From Octopus bimaculoides (lineage: Eukaryota): a DNA stretch of 55,681 nucleotides. The stretch lies in contig NC_068986.1 of the NCBI RefSeq assembly GCF_001194135.2, positions 45,640,682 through 45,696,362 on the forward strand, given 5' to 3'. Both the position numbers and the translations under genes were made by a program. The notes below the pieces were generated by a model that saw only the letters and a program-made list of their open reading frames with translations, ran no database searches and was not told where the DNA came from. Numbering within the stretch: position 1 is the first letter of the stretch; every line of letters begins with the position of its first letter. Shown piece by piece: positions 35,891 through 44,489 of this stretch.

Positions 35891-38744
35891 AAGATAAAAA
35901 GGGAAAGATTTAGAAATGTCTGGGGTTGTGGGAAGATTAATGGTCTCATACGGCTCATGTGATTATACGAAGCAGACACCAGTCTTTACCGTTAGGTGGG
36001 TATTGACCACTGTCTTACATCATACTTTCCGTTCATAGGGCCAAGATGTGAAAATCTTCACGCTGAAGTTCAAGAATATATACGGATAAAATGTATTAGG
36101 AGGATAAGCTTCTTACGCAATACAGAATCAGCACCTCTGGTTACTTTTGAAATCAGTTCTGCATTGTTCTTATCAATAACTATCAGATATCGTACGTCGT
36201 AGCCTTCTCTTTCGAAAGGCATATGTACTTGACTGTCATCGTGACCCTTATGTACGACGGTGGAAAATGCTTTCTGCCTGATTCTCTCCTAAATTCTCTT
36301 CCACTTTCATATATATGTATGTAGTTAGTACCTGCGTTAGTACACGCACACACACATACACACAAACACACACACACATACATACGTACGCGCGCACACA
36401 CGCACAAACATACGCTCACACACGCACAAACATACGTGCACACACGCACACGCATACATATGGGGAAAGTTTTTCTAGATATGTATCCATTATGTATATG
36501 TGCGTGTATGTATGTGTTTGTATCACTGTCTACTACCTCTATCTTTCTCAGTTTCTCTCTCTCTTTGTCTACCTTTCTCTCTGTCTCACACACATATGTA
36601 CATGTATATATATNNNNNNNNNNNNNNNNNNNNNNNNNNNNATATATATATATATATAACACCATCTTGAAAAAAGTCAAATATTAAAATGTTCCCATAG
36701 CCTTCGAATGATACCGAGACAAATTCTTTCAAGGACAAACCAGTGATCCCCAGATATATTTCGGTTAATTACAACACTCTACTGATTTGGCTATAGTTTC
36801 CTAATATATAACTTCACTAGTTGGTGCCATTAAGTACACATGGTCTTGGATAAATACTGGATGAACCCAATCTAAGTTGTCTATATTAATTTTCTTTTCA
36901 TTGCCAGAACATTAAAAGCCATCTTAAGAACTCTGTGCACCAATTCCATTAGTGTTGGAAATCTTATTATAACTAGTAATTACAGTTCGTCCGTCCGTCC
37001 GTCCGTCCGTCCATCCATCCATCCATCCATCAACCTTCTGCAAACGAATTTGTGCAGACATACATACTTCTTTACTTTTCAAATTTTAGCTCCTAACTAC
37101 GTAAGCATCCAAAGTAGTGGCTGATCCTAATTTGAGAATTTCGCTTAATTTGGAGCCATACTTAACTTATACTATCTCAAGATTGAGATATACCCGACCC
37201 CTGGATTTAGAGATAGTTTATTGCTTATTTTTAAGGCAAATGAATTTGTGTTAAGAGTTGAAACAATTTTTAACTGGAAAACTGTTTTGTTGATGTTATG
37301 CTGTAAAAAAAAAGGACTCACATTGGATTTCCGGAGATCAAACATGGCCCACTTGAGTCTTAGGCCATTATGCGATAACTACTAATTCCAGATCTAAAAA
37401 TTTTCACTGTCTGAATTTTGATAATATAATAGACATTTGTGCTTACTATCAAAATGTATCGAACTAATCAGCTGAAATTGCTGTATCGGATGCTAAAATC
37501 CAAAATAATCTTGCATTTCGAAGTATGTTTTTGCATGTTTGGACTTGGCGACATGGCAGAATTGTTAGCACACAGGACAAAATGCTTCGCAGCATTTCGT
37601 CCGTCTTTACGTTCAGAGATCACAATCCGCCGAGGTCAGCTTTGCCATTCACCCTTTCGATGAAGTAAGTACTAGTCGAATAACGGTGTCGATGTAATCG
37701 ACTAGGCCCCCGCACCCCCAAGTCTCAGGACAAGTGCCTATAGTAGAGGAGATTATAATTTATTTGTAGTGTATTCGTGGAATAGGCCGCATGTATCAAG
37801 TTTCACAGGTTGAAAGTGTCTCAATCTTTAGACATTAGATGTTAAATATAGCTTCAAATTTAGTAAAATCCTCAAATACGGTTCAGCACACTATTTTGAT
37901 TACTCATAAAAATCAGTATCATAGTTAGGAGATAAAGTATTTAAGATTGACTACATACAAAGACCATGTCACTTTGGACAAATTTCCAGTAATTTGGGAG
38001 ATCATCTTTCAAGCCTGGTTCACATTTATCTAGAACACCCCTGGGTTAAAATCCGAATATTTAATTATTCCTGTAGACATGATAGCGATTTTAACTCGAT
38101 TCACTTGAAATCACTTTTCATGATGGCTTATCCTATGTTAGTTATACAATATAGTTGTCTAAACTATATTGTCATACTGATTCATACTTTCTGACATTCT
38201 TGTTTTTTGTTTTAACATAATCACATCGCGTTGAGTTCATTAGTTTGTAGTGTCTTGATTTTTCGATTTTGAATTTGAATTTTTTTTTTTTATATAAAAT
38301 CTTTGATCTGAAACTCTATTGAAACGTAATGTTTGAGAAGAGCCATAATTAGTAAAAGTTATAAATAATCTCATCAGCTTTTGTTTATCTATTGTTCACT
38401 TCTTTTTATTTTTCCAACGCAGTTGTTTGTTTATGACCGCAAAAAATATTTTTTACATCACCCTGCACATTTTTAAATGCTTGGATTTTAGCAAGCATAA
38501 ACAAACAACAAAGGCTTTCAAAGAAAGAAAAAAGGTAGTGAAATATAAACACACAACAACCAATGATTTGATTTACAGACTTTATTAAATGTGACACTTC
38601 TTAAAGAAAACAAAGTTACATTGATGTTGACATATAATTTGTTTTTCTTTTGTAGGCGCTGCAAATCGGAGTACAATGTTCGCCGTCATATTTTCGTTTT
38701 TATTAGCAGTTCAGATGCTAGAGAAATATATTTCTCTTTCTTAA
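167..38744 (+). CDS. Spliced gene (5' end lies upstream of the window): tandem Cys-rich-domain protein, predicted GPI-anchored. Exons 167-261, 3435-3498, 4706-4794, 12310-12379, 18736-18824, 27619-27703, 33522-33604, 38656-38744
   Basis: All eight exons have AG acceptors with pyrimidine tracts, the seven internal exons have GT donors, and phases are compatible. The 664 nt join without stops into [220 protein letters not shown]. Cys spacing repeats from domain to domain. Confidence 0.85.
392..555 (+). mobile_element. SINE family A (tRNA-headed), degraded
   Basis: aaatgcctagcggcattt...acgttctgaggtcaaatt...ctggggtcga; same family at 13065-13320, 18945-19015, 37545-37755 and 53670-53830. Confidence 0.7.
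788..1805 (+). mobile_element. Tc1-like (DD37E, TRT-type) transposase pseudogene
   Basis: Motifs [29 protein letters not shown] and [14 protein letters not shown]; 37 residues between the second D and the E; stops and frameshifts; TIRs not identified. Confidence 0.85.
2205..2372 (-). mobile_element. Penelope-type terminal-repeat fragment carrying a hammerhead motif
   Basis: Same sequence family as 18-125; contains a CTGATGA...GAAAC core on the minus strand. Confidence 0.55.
2289..2334 (-). ncRNA. Minimal type I hammerhead ribozyme motif
   Basis: Minus strand: AACAC-CTGATGA-A-GGCTG(gagggcatat)CAACC-GAA-ACGT-T-GCGTT. The core is intact, stem III is palindromic (ACGT), and stems I and II have one mismatch each. 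Confidence 0.6.
2379..2497 (+). mobile_element. Short tRNA-derived SINE with (AAT)n tail
   Basis: A-box-like ggcgtaggggttaag, B-box gagttcgattcc, then (aat)n at 2446-2497; the acceptor stem does not pair. Confidence 0.7.
3181..3284. repeat. (TTC)n/(TCC)n microsatellite
   Basis: Seen directly; it produces the spurious poly-Glu ORF 3129-3344. Confidence 0.95.
3435..3498 (+). CDS. Exon A1 (first half of domain 1), phase 1 to 2
   Basis: ttacag|AA AAT TCT TGT...AAA TGC AA|gtaagt; (E)[20 protein letters not shown]. Confidence 0.85.
4706..4794 (+). CDS. Exon B1 (second half of domain 1), phase 2 to 1
   Basis: tttttttag|C GAA TTG...AAA TGT G|gtaagc; [29 protein letters not shown]; 89 nt, same length as B2. 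Confidence 0.85.
6011..6680. repeat. MITE-like duplication: direct repeat of flank plus TIR, with the core inverted
   Basis: 6011-6112 matches 6362-6463 directly. 6075-6291 matches the reverse complement of 6462-6680. A 38-bp TIR pair lies at 6426-6463 and 6643-6680. Confidence 0.8.
6700..7755 (+). mobile_element. Mariner transposase pseudogene
   Basis: [21 protein letters not shown] (HTH region), [18 protein letters not shown] (YSPDLAPSD-like) and C-terminal KVVGQN..YV; heavily disrupted. Confidence 0.85.
7752..7835. repeat. (CAT)n microsatellite
   Basis: Seen directly. Confidence 0.9.
7865..10655 (+). mobile_element. Gypsy/Ty3 (K02A2.6/Mag-like) LTR retrotransposon internal region, degraded, RT core deleted
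   Basis: gag (LIFVQGL and a degenerate CCHC), protease [12 protein letters not shown] at about 8510-8545, RT start CADFSTGL joined to RNase H ALAIIFAV at about 9117, integrase HHCC (GHPGM...CRGC) and core DYAGP / VSDNGTQF / SNGQAERFV. Confidence 0.92.
10702..10957 (+). mobile_element. SINE family B with internal (TA/TG)n, inserted upstream of the Gypsy PPT
   Basis: ggcgcaggagtggctg...ggttccgggttca...gggcaagtgtcttctactatagcc...tggatttggtagacggaaactg. Confidence 0.8.
10973..11768 (+). repeat. Probable 3' LTR of the Gypsy element
   Basis: PPT AAAAGGGGAGA is directly followed by TGTTGTG at 10973. The candidate end is ...GATATAACA at 11768; an alternative end is 11418. No second LTR is available to confirm. 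Confidence 0.5.
12310..12379 (+). CDS. Exon A2 (first half of domain 2), phase 1 to 2
   Basis: ttttttgcaatatatgcag|AC ATT CGT TGC...ATT TGC AA|gtagat; (D)[22 protein letters not shown]; the donor is weaker than the others. Confidence 0.8.
12392..12538 (-). mobile_element. Very short LINE 3'-end insertion (probably R4/Dong-like) within (TAA)n, with an inverted 18-bp end
   Basis: (tta)n on both sides; perfect inverted repeat 12482-12499 / 12509-12526; family assignment is inferred. Confidence 0.5.
13065..13320 (-). mobile_element. SINE family A, tandem fragments (head/tail/body/tail)
   Basis: cgaccccgaaaggatgaaaggcaaagtcgacctcggcggaatttgaactcagaacgta; the tail motif tttctttatgcccac-like occurs twice. 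Confidence 0.8.
13340..13890 (-). mobile_element. L1/Tx1-like LINE ORF2 C-terminal fragment
   Basis: [26 protein letters not shown] (CCHC zinc knuckle of L1/Tx1 ORF2); homologous to 39600-40000. Confidence 0.8.
13959..16579 (-). mobile_element. Full-length hAT (Buster/Charlie, ZBED5/SCAND3-like) DNA transposon
   Basis: TIRs CAGGAGTTTTCAAACT and AGTTTGAAAACCCCTG (15/16 match); 8-bp TSD CTCTATTG at 13951-13958 and 16580-16587; subterminal cggacccc repeats. Confidence 0.96.
14190..16003 (-). pseudogene. hAT transposase, frameshifted into four ORF pieces
   Basis: BED finger [55 protein letters not shown] and C-terminal [15 protein letters not shown]. Confidence 0.92.
17398..17832 (+). mobile_element. 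3' terminal region of the Penelope-like element, after the gap
   Basis: Follows the GIY-YIG ORF on the same strand and contains a hammerhead-like motif; continuity across the N gap is assumed. Confidence 0.55.
17710..17745 (+). ncRNA. Minimal type I hammerhead ribozyme motif with an A6U core variant
   Basis: CTTT-CTGTTGA-A-GAGC(GTAG)GCTC-GAA-ACGT-T-AAAG: stems I and II pair perfectly, stem III is palindromic, and there is one substitution relative to CUGANGA. Confidence 0.55.
18736..18824 (+). CDS. Exon B2 (second half of domain 2), phase 2 to 1
   Basis: tattgcag|A ACA CTG...GGG TGT G|gtaagt; [29 protein letters not shown]. Confidence 0.88.
18945..19410. mobile_element. Cluster of SINE fragments (family A head, minus; family C, plus; family B, minus) with (CA)n/(TG)n
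   Basis: Matches 13065-13320, 54000-54210 and the reverse complement of 10702-10860. Confidence 0.65.
19432..19711 (-). repeat. LTR (280 bp) of the second Gypsy element
   Basis: Termini TGTTATGA...TCACAACA. On the minus strand it is preceded by PPT AAAAAAGGGAAGG (19712-19724) and followed by TTAT-TGGCGAC (PBS-like, 19421-19431). Confidence 0.8.
19712..22780 (-). mobile_element. Second Gypsy/Ty3 (K02A2.6-like) internal region, degraded
   Basis: RT ([24 protein letters not shown]), RNase H ([14 protein letters not shown]...[13 protein letters not shown]), integrase ([28 protein letters not shown]); same family as 7865-10655. Confidence 0.92.
22789..22959. repeat. About 108-bp tandem repeat running into an assembly gap
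   Basis: ggtttaaaaatcttatccct...tcaaatatcatcatttcta at 22789 and again at 22897. Confidence 0.8.
23500..26160 (-). mobile_element. CR1/L2-group LINE (APE-RT), degraded, with internal duplication and deletion
   Basis: APE region ([15 protein letters not shown]), [42 protein letters not shown] and C-terminal [20 protein letters not shown]; the RT core is missing. Confidence 0.8.
26170..27051 (-). mobile_element. Mariner element (5' TIR plus N-terminal half of the transposase), same family as 6700-7755
   Basis: 5' end TATTGGGTTGGAACAAATATTCGTGCCG (reverse complement of 27024-27051); [11 protein letters not shown]; [22 protein letters not shown]. Confidence 0.82.
27120..27420 (-). mobile_element. 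Fragment of a different mariner-like transposase
   Basis: LVADNPT.. HTH-like segment and a degenerate VTGDESWIY-like motif (SSDDVSWRY). Confidence 0.45.
27619..27703 (+). CDS. Exon A3 (first half of domain 3), phase 1 to 2
   Basis: tttttggtcttgcag|GT ACC AGT TGC...CTA TGC GG|gtaaat; (G)[27 protein letters not shown]; contains an N-S-T sequon. Confidence 0.88.
28310..28475 (+). mobile_element. SINE 3' end with (GAT)n tail
   Basis: aatcgtccaacccatgctagcatggaaagcggacgttaaacgatgatgatg. Confidence 0.7.
29400..29940 (+). repeat. Unclassified interspersed repeat; an inverted homolog lies at about 40400-41000
   Basis: [39 protein letters not shown] versus RNQIEKCLK..SREMFSTDEVRFLTSENRRHSVTLQMSDQ. 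Confidence 0.7.
31040..32620 (-). mobile_element. R4/Dong-like LINE (RT plus restriction-like endonuclease), degraded
   Basis: [19 protein letters not shown] (FMDD-like), [27 protein letters not shown]...LID. Confidence 0.82.
33522..33604 (+). CDS. Exon B3 (second half of domain 3), phase 2 to 1
   Basis: tctcttcctag|A TAT TAT AGA...TGT AGT G|gtaagc; [27 protein letters not shown]. Confidence 0.88.
37545..37755 (+). mobile_element. SINE family A
   Basis: ggcagaattgttagcac..aaaatgctt..catttcgtccgtctttacgttc..cgccgaggtc. Confidence 0.75.
38656..38744 (+). CDS. Terminal coding exon encoding a GPI-anchor-like signal
   Basis: gtttttcttttgtag|GC GCT GCA...TCT TAA; phase 1 matches B3; (G)[28 protein letters not shown]. 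Confidence 0.8.
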
Positions 38745-38986
38745 AGATGAATGTTATTGATAACAAGAGATTTATATATACAGTCATATATATATATATA
38801 TAAAGCATATATTGTTACACTTACGCGTCACTTTCGCATAACTATAATTATAATCAATTAGCTTTTACTTAGCCGTTATCTCATCTGTTGTTACATGTTT
38901 CGACATGTTCAACTGCAAACTTACCTTTTCAATGTTATTAATATTTGCTGAAAAGCATCTTTCACATTCTTTATGTTTTGATATAA

Positions 38987-39055
38987 AATAAATTTACTAA
39001 TAAACATGAATAACCCTTCTACTTTTGCTTGAAATGTTTTGACCTATTGAATAAA
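38987..39055 (+). terminator. Candidate polyadenylation signals for the Cys-repeat gene
   Basis: AATAAA at 38987, 38999 and 39050, 240-310 nt after the stop. The sequence is AT-rich, so chance matches are likely. Confidence 0.3.
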
Positions 39056-39339
39056 TTAATATTTGCTGCTAAAATTGTTTGAACATTGATTGAATTAGTT
39101 CTCACAATTTAGGATAGCATCATATTGTTAATATTCAACATCTATAACAGGCGATTTAGAATTAAAAGAAAATAAATTTATTGTTATCTTGTCCAAATCG
39201 GAGAAAAAATGTCTAAACCATCCACTTCATGGATCTTCAGAGGATGATCAATATGTTTGCACAGAACGTTTCCAATTCGATCACTCAAAAAATCTCTAAA
39301 TCTATTTTCACATGTAATGATTAATTAAAAATGTTATGA

Positions 39340-40360
39340 ATTATTCATTCTTTGTTGGTCAAGAGTGCCATACACAAAATAAGGAAACGTAAACAATAAG
39401 ACAATAAAATTATAAACAATAAAATTCCCTAATAGTGGGGACCACCACCCAAGAGCGATTAAGAAAACCCACAGTTCCCGATTCACTCTGCTCACCAGGG
39501 GCACTATTGTAAGTTTTCCTCCATCTTTCATAAATTTCAGCCTACAACCGCATGCTTCGTGTGGGTCCATTTACTTCGGCCATTCTTGCTACATTCACAC
39601 ACCTTTCAACAGATTTAATGGGAGACAGTACGTCCCTCTCAAATCTCACTTTCCTATCCAAGTGGAGCCTGAAAAGTTGATGGAGGTTTGATCAGAGGAG
39701 GAAGTGTCTGTCTTCAGCCCTTTCAGTCACTTTCACCACACAACTACTTTCGCCATAGTTACCAGAGAAAAACTGCCTGTCTTTCCTGATCTTCACGATG
39801 GAGTTGGCCGATATTCGGGTCCCTTCTACATGTGACAGCAAGTGTTCGATATAACCTAAGTCAGCAATGCTTGCGACTCTGTGTAAGTGTATGCAGAGTG
39901 ATTTCGTCGCTCTACGCTTATTGCGTACAGGAGTGGCTTACGGCAAAACCATGTCTGCAGTGTATATCTCAAACCGGAAATGTTCTCTCCAGTAACACTA
40001 CTAGGCCAGATACTTCTAGAAGATATTTATGAACCCTGGCCCGAAAGTCTTCCGGAAAAGGCCAGCAAGTTGATTTCCAATGACGCCTAGGGTTTTTCCG
40101 AGAAGTCGTCCCTTTTCCCTGCCACTAAATCCTCTGCAGAACATCCACCGATCATATTAATCTACTCTAGTTGCAATGAGCTCTGCCTCGGTCTGCGCTT
40201 GATCTAGGACTGCATCTCAGTCAAAGTGACGAGCTGCGGAAAAGTACGTCTCACAAAAGCAACCACACCTGTTCATCTTGAAGTAAACACTGGAGATGTA
40301 GTGCCTTAATGCATGCCTGCGTATGGTTAGCCACAGCATGCTCAGTCCTCAGCTCTCCAG
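39340..40360 (-). mobile_element. L1/Tx1-like LINE 3' fragment
   Basis: IADLGYIEHLLSHV..SANSIVKI and FRLHLDRKVRFERDVLSP..RCVNVARMAEVNGPT, followed by a 3' UTR. Confidence 0.75.
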
Positions 40361-40399
40361 ATGCTGACAGCAAATGGACCGTCATCCCTTGATCAGATC

Positions 40400-41000
40400 A
40401 GTTTTTTTTTCTTTTGTAATCTGTGGGCTTACAATATTTTTATTATTTTTTTTCTGTATCAAGTAAAACGGCCACCTTTATTTTTACTATTCTCCAGTCG
40501 AAAATGTGTTGGTCACTCATTTGGAGTGTTACAGAATGCCTCCTATTCTCGCTGGTCAGAAATCTCACTTCATCCGTACTGAACATTTCTCTCGAGCGAC
40601 GAATAATTTGGCAACTCCAGATTTCTTTAAGACACTTTTCAATTTGGTTTCTCACCTTCAGTCCGATTAACCTTTCCTTCTGCGTTCCCTGAATTTGTTG
40701 TAAGATGCTAAAAATATTGTTTTTCCCAACACTGGTTAGGAAATATTGCGGCAGTAGAGATATTGATTCTTGCGTCGAAACACATTTGTGAAACCGTTAA
40801 CATCTGGTTTTCTAGCCACGGTATAACCTCGTTATTAATGGTGTTAGTGTGCATTCTTTTCAGCCTGACTACTGGGAAAGTACCCATTTCTCATTTCTTC
40901 CCTCAATTTATAAGCGTATTCTCAGAACAGTCTGTTTGCCTAGACCGTTCTTGCCACTCTCATCCATGTTTCAACAAATTTGCTTGAAGGCAGCTCTTCT
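40400..41000 (-). repeat. Unclassified repeat (homolog of 29400-29940) lying between two Tx1 fragments
   Basis: Translated and nucleotide similarity to 29400-29940. Confidence 0.7.
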
Positions 41001-41009
41001 TTCTTGGAA

Positions 41010-42660
41010 ACGTTGAAGAGGACTTGGATGAAGAGGAAGATGTCTACTTCAGCCCTTTCAATTTGGCCCGCCACACAATATCTGTTGTTCTCCAGAGAGA
41101 TAAACATCATGTGTTCTCTTTGTTAAGATCTTACCAAAACTCCTCAACTCTGCGCTTAGCAGATTTATATGTGCATAAAAAATTTATCTCAGCAGCACTA
41201 CAACACCTCTTTTCGTAGGACAGGGAATTCTTCCGCTTTGCTGCCAGTTGCAGTAAACATCTGCCAATTAGCTCACGGACGAGTGTGGCATTTGACAAAA
41301 GGCCGTAAGACAGATCATCCAGTCTCGGAAACTTCTCTGTCGTGCATTTCATCACAGCTGCCGATATTCCGTCAGATGTTACCGACTTTTCGCAGAACTT
41401 CGTGGTAGGTCACTGAGGTAGGCGGTAAAGGTTACCCCACCTCCGGTCCAAGGTCTGTCCCAAGCAGTTGAGCGAAGTGCCACTGAAAATTCGCATGCAT
41501 CAGCTTGATATCGAATAGCAAACATCCCAACCCTGATCCATCAAAGACCGAATTGTTTGTTGCCACGATGCGCCATCTTCTAGCCGGTCCCATGGAACGG
41601 CTTTCATTCCCTCCTGCCTTAGAGCATGCGCCTTAGCTTTGACAATGCAACCCTCATGTGTAGCGTTGAAGAATCGGTTAAGAGCAAATCTCGCCGTCAG
41701 CATGTCAGTCACAATTCCTTTTTCAAGTGCCTCTTCTACGTTACTAACTAATTTGCCATTTACTTTAGGACTGTGTACCACTATTTTCTCAATAGTCCTC
41801 ATCGATTTTAATATAATACCCCGTTTTAGGTCTAACCATTATCGTTTGCTGATAAATACCTCCGTCAAGTCCCTCTTGACTAGGTCTCTAATCTGGTCTC
41901 TGTAAACTTGGCATGCCAGAAAAAACGCGTCCAGTTTCCAGTAACAGGATCCTAATCTACGCAACATATTTAGGTTGACCGTACAGGTCCTAAATTTGTG
42001 CTTTGTAGAGCCGCCTACTTTGAATTGAGGACATCATATACTATCCCAATGAACTAGGCTACAGAACACTTGACCTACACAAATGTCCCGAAGCTGTTTG
42101 CCCATGTCCACGTTGGTGCATTAGGGAAAACCAATCGCTACCTGTCAGTTAGTTGGAAACGTCTGAGCAGGTTTCCAAAACTTTTTCATCTCTCCTCTCA
42201 CGTAGACCTACACATTCCAGATGTGTTTCCCAGATGGCGTTCCAATCGTCCACTGATACTAAAGAGCAAGACGTCCTTAGGAAAACCTCTAAATGCCTGA
42301 AGAAATCTGCCTGCCCCACCCCAGTCGGGGCATACTGAGCGACTTGTATAAAGGCCCCCATCTACGCTGCTGCTCACATTCAGGACCACCAACTTAACAC
42401 TCAGAGCGAGGAAATTTGACTGTATCTTGAGACCCAGGACTTTTCCAGAACAGCACAGTCTATCTCTCTACTCTGGATGGAGTAAGAAATGTAAAATCTC
42501 AAAATCGCCCACAATGAGTGCAAGGTACTTGTAACGAAAATCCTGTGTTTTTCTGACGGCTATCACGTTCAACTTAAGCGATCTGAAAGTCATTGGGCAA
42601 GGTGATCGGAGGGTACGTACATTTATGCTACCAACACTTAAAGTCACCATGTTGGTCGAA
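41010..42660 (-). mobile_element. L1/Tx1-like LINE ORF2 (APE plus linker, RT deleted, joined to the C-terminus)
   Basis: MVTLSVGSINVRTLRS (APE start), HEGCIVKAKAHALRQEG (linker), KFPRLDDLSY (KSPGLDGL-like). Confidence 0.8.
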
Positions 42661-43137
42661 CAATAATGAAAAGGAAGAGAAATATGTTACCCATTATGTG
42701 GACTTGAACAGGTTTACTTTTGGAAGTCTTTTAGGGGCCACTTGATGGCCTTTACGTTCAGATTTCTGACATCGCTGGGGAAACCCTCCCTCAATATTTT
42801 ATAACTCCAAGTCCAGCCTTATTATTTTCAAATTATGTGGCATTTTGAAAGTGCTAGATCTGAAGATGTCTCTCTCTATTTTAATGTTCTCCTCTGCTAT
42901 GAAGGGCATCAGTTTTTCCCCTTATTTTGCACTTCTTATAAGCATACAGTTTTGGATGGGTGTATTTTGCTGGTGTTGTTTTTGTGTGCCTGGGTACTGG
43001 TACTGCTCCTGTTTGTGTTTTCTTTTTATTGTTGTTGTTGATGGTGATGAAGTTGTCTTTTGTGCGTTTGCCCGTGTTTGGTGTGGCAGTGGTTTGTGTA
43101 CTGCTATTGTCTTCTTTCTCCTTCCTTCCATCCTTCC

Positions 43138-43142
43138 TTCCT

Positions 43143-43222
<80 letters not shown>

Positions 43223-43245
43223 TTTTCTTTCTTTCTTTCTTTCTT
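43138..43245. repeat. (TTTC)n microsatellite
   Basis: Seen directly. Confidence 0.95.
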
Positions 43246-43689
43246 TTCTATTCTTTTTTTACCTCTTTCTTTCGTCCATTCCCTCTTTCTTTTGATTTAC
43301 TAGGTTTTACCTCCTCCTCGTAAGATGATACTTCCTTGTCGAAAGAATGTGGTGCGGGTAGAGTTGAAGGTGGAGGAGGAGGTATGTTTCCCTCTGTGTG
43401 GATGTGTGTGTGTGTGTGTATGGAAGAGGGAGGGAAGAAGGAAGGGTAATATACAGGGAGTTGGGTTCTATATTTTCCTGGGTGGTGGCTCCTAGTTTTG
43501 ATATGTTGTATCTAATGCCGCATATGTATGTATGTATGTATGTATGAATGTATGTATGTATGTGTGTTTGTATATGTGCATGTGTGTATGTATGCATGCA
43601 TGTATATTTGCACCGAATTGTTGTTTTGCTGTTTGTATTAGAGTGCTCCACAAGTGTTCATTGTCTTCAAAGGTGTGAATACATTCTAG

Positions 43690-44440
43690 TTATGACATGC
43701 CTTTGATGTATACGCCGAGGCAATCTTTCCTGCAGATAGCATTGTATTTATATCATACTTCAAGGGTAGCTAGTATCTCGTAGATATATTGGAGCAGCTG
43801 ATGATGATGTGCGTGATAACTTCAACACTGTCATAGCATAGACAATATTTTCTTTCACAACAGATTTGATTGTATCACTTACTTATCAGGTATTTAGTAA
43901 CTCTCTCCTGTTCCTGGATAGCAAAAGTATATTCGTATCAGTTGGATATAATGTATCTATCACAGGACCTGGAAAGGCTAATTTTCCTGTCAATGCAGCA
44001 GTTACCCTCTAGCTTGTGGGATATGTACCAATGCATTGCTTTTTGCTGGCGTGATGCGTGCTTCTCCTCCAAGCTTCTGTTTGGCTAGGCCAGTCCAGCC
44101 TGCTTTGAGTCACATGAGACAGTTGTACTTTTAGAGTACATGCTTAGTAGTTCTACTCCTACTCTGAGTAAGCGTGCAATATATTCATTACTTTCTTTAC
44201 TGTTAAGGTGTTGTTTAACTGATATAATATGACATTCAAAGGCTATTTGGATGGACCTTATACCTCTGCCACTATCTCTTCGTTTCCCACAGATCCTATC
44301 GGTGTCGTTGCTGTGGAGGCTACCAGTGGTGATCATCATTTTTCTAGTTTTGATGTCCAGGCTATGAATGTCGTCAAATGTCCAATCCAATATCCCAAAT
44401 GTTGATAGTAGCACTAGCACTGCAAAAGCATTGTGAGATA
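43690..44440 (-). mobile_element. R4/Dong-like LINE fragment
   Basis: LDIKTRKMM..GSLH..DTDRI..KRRDSGRGIRSI; FAIQEQ-like and CRLC..HII segments. Confidence 0.75.
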
Positions 44441-44489
44441 TGGTCTTCTTAAATGCACACAGCTCTAAATTCTATAGTTTCCAGAGTCT

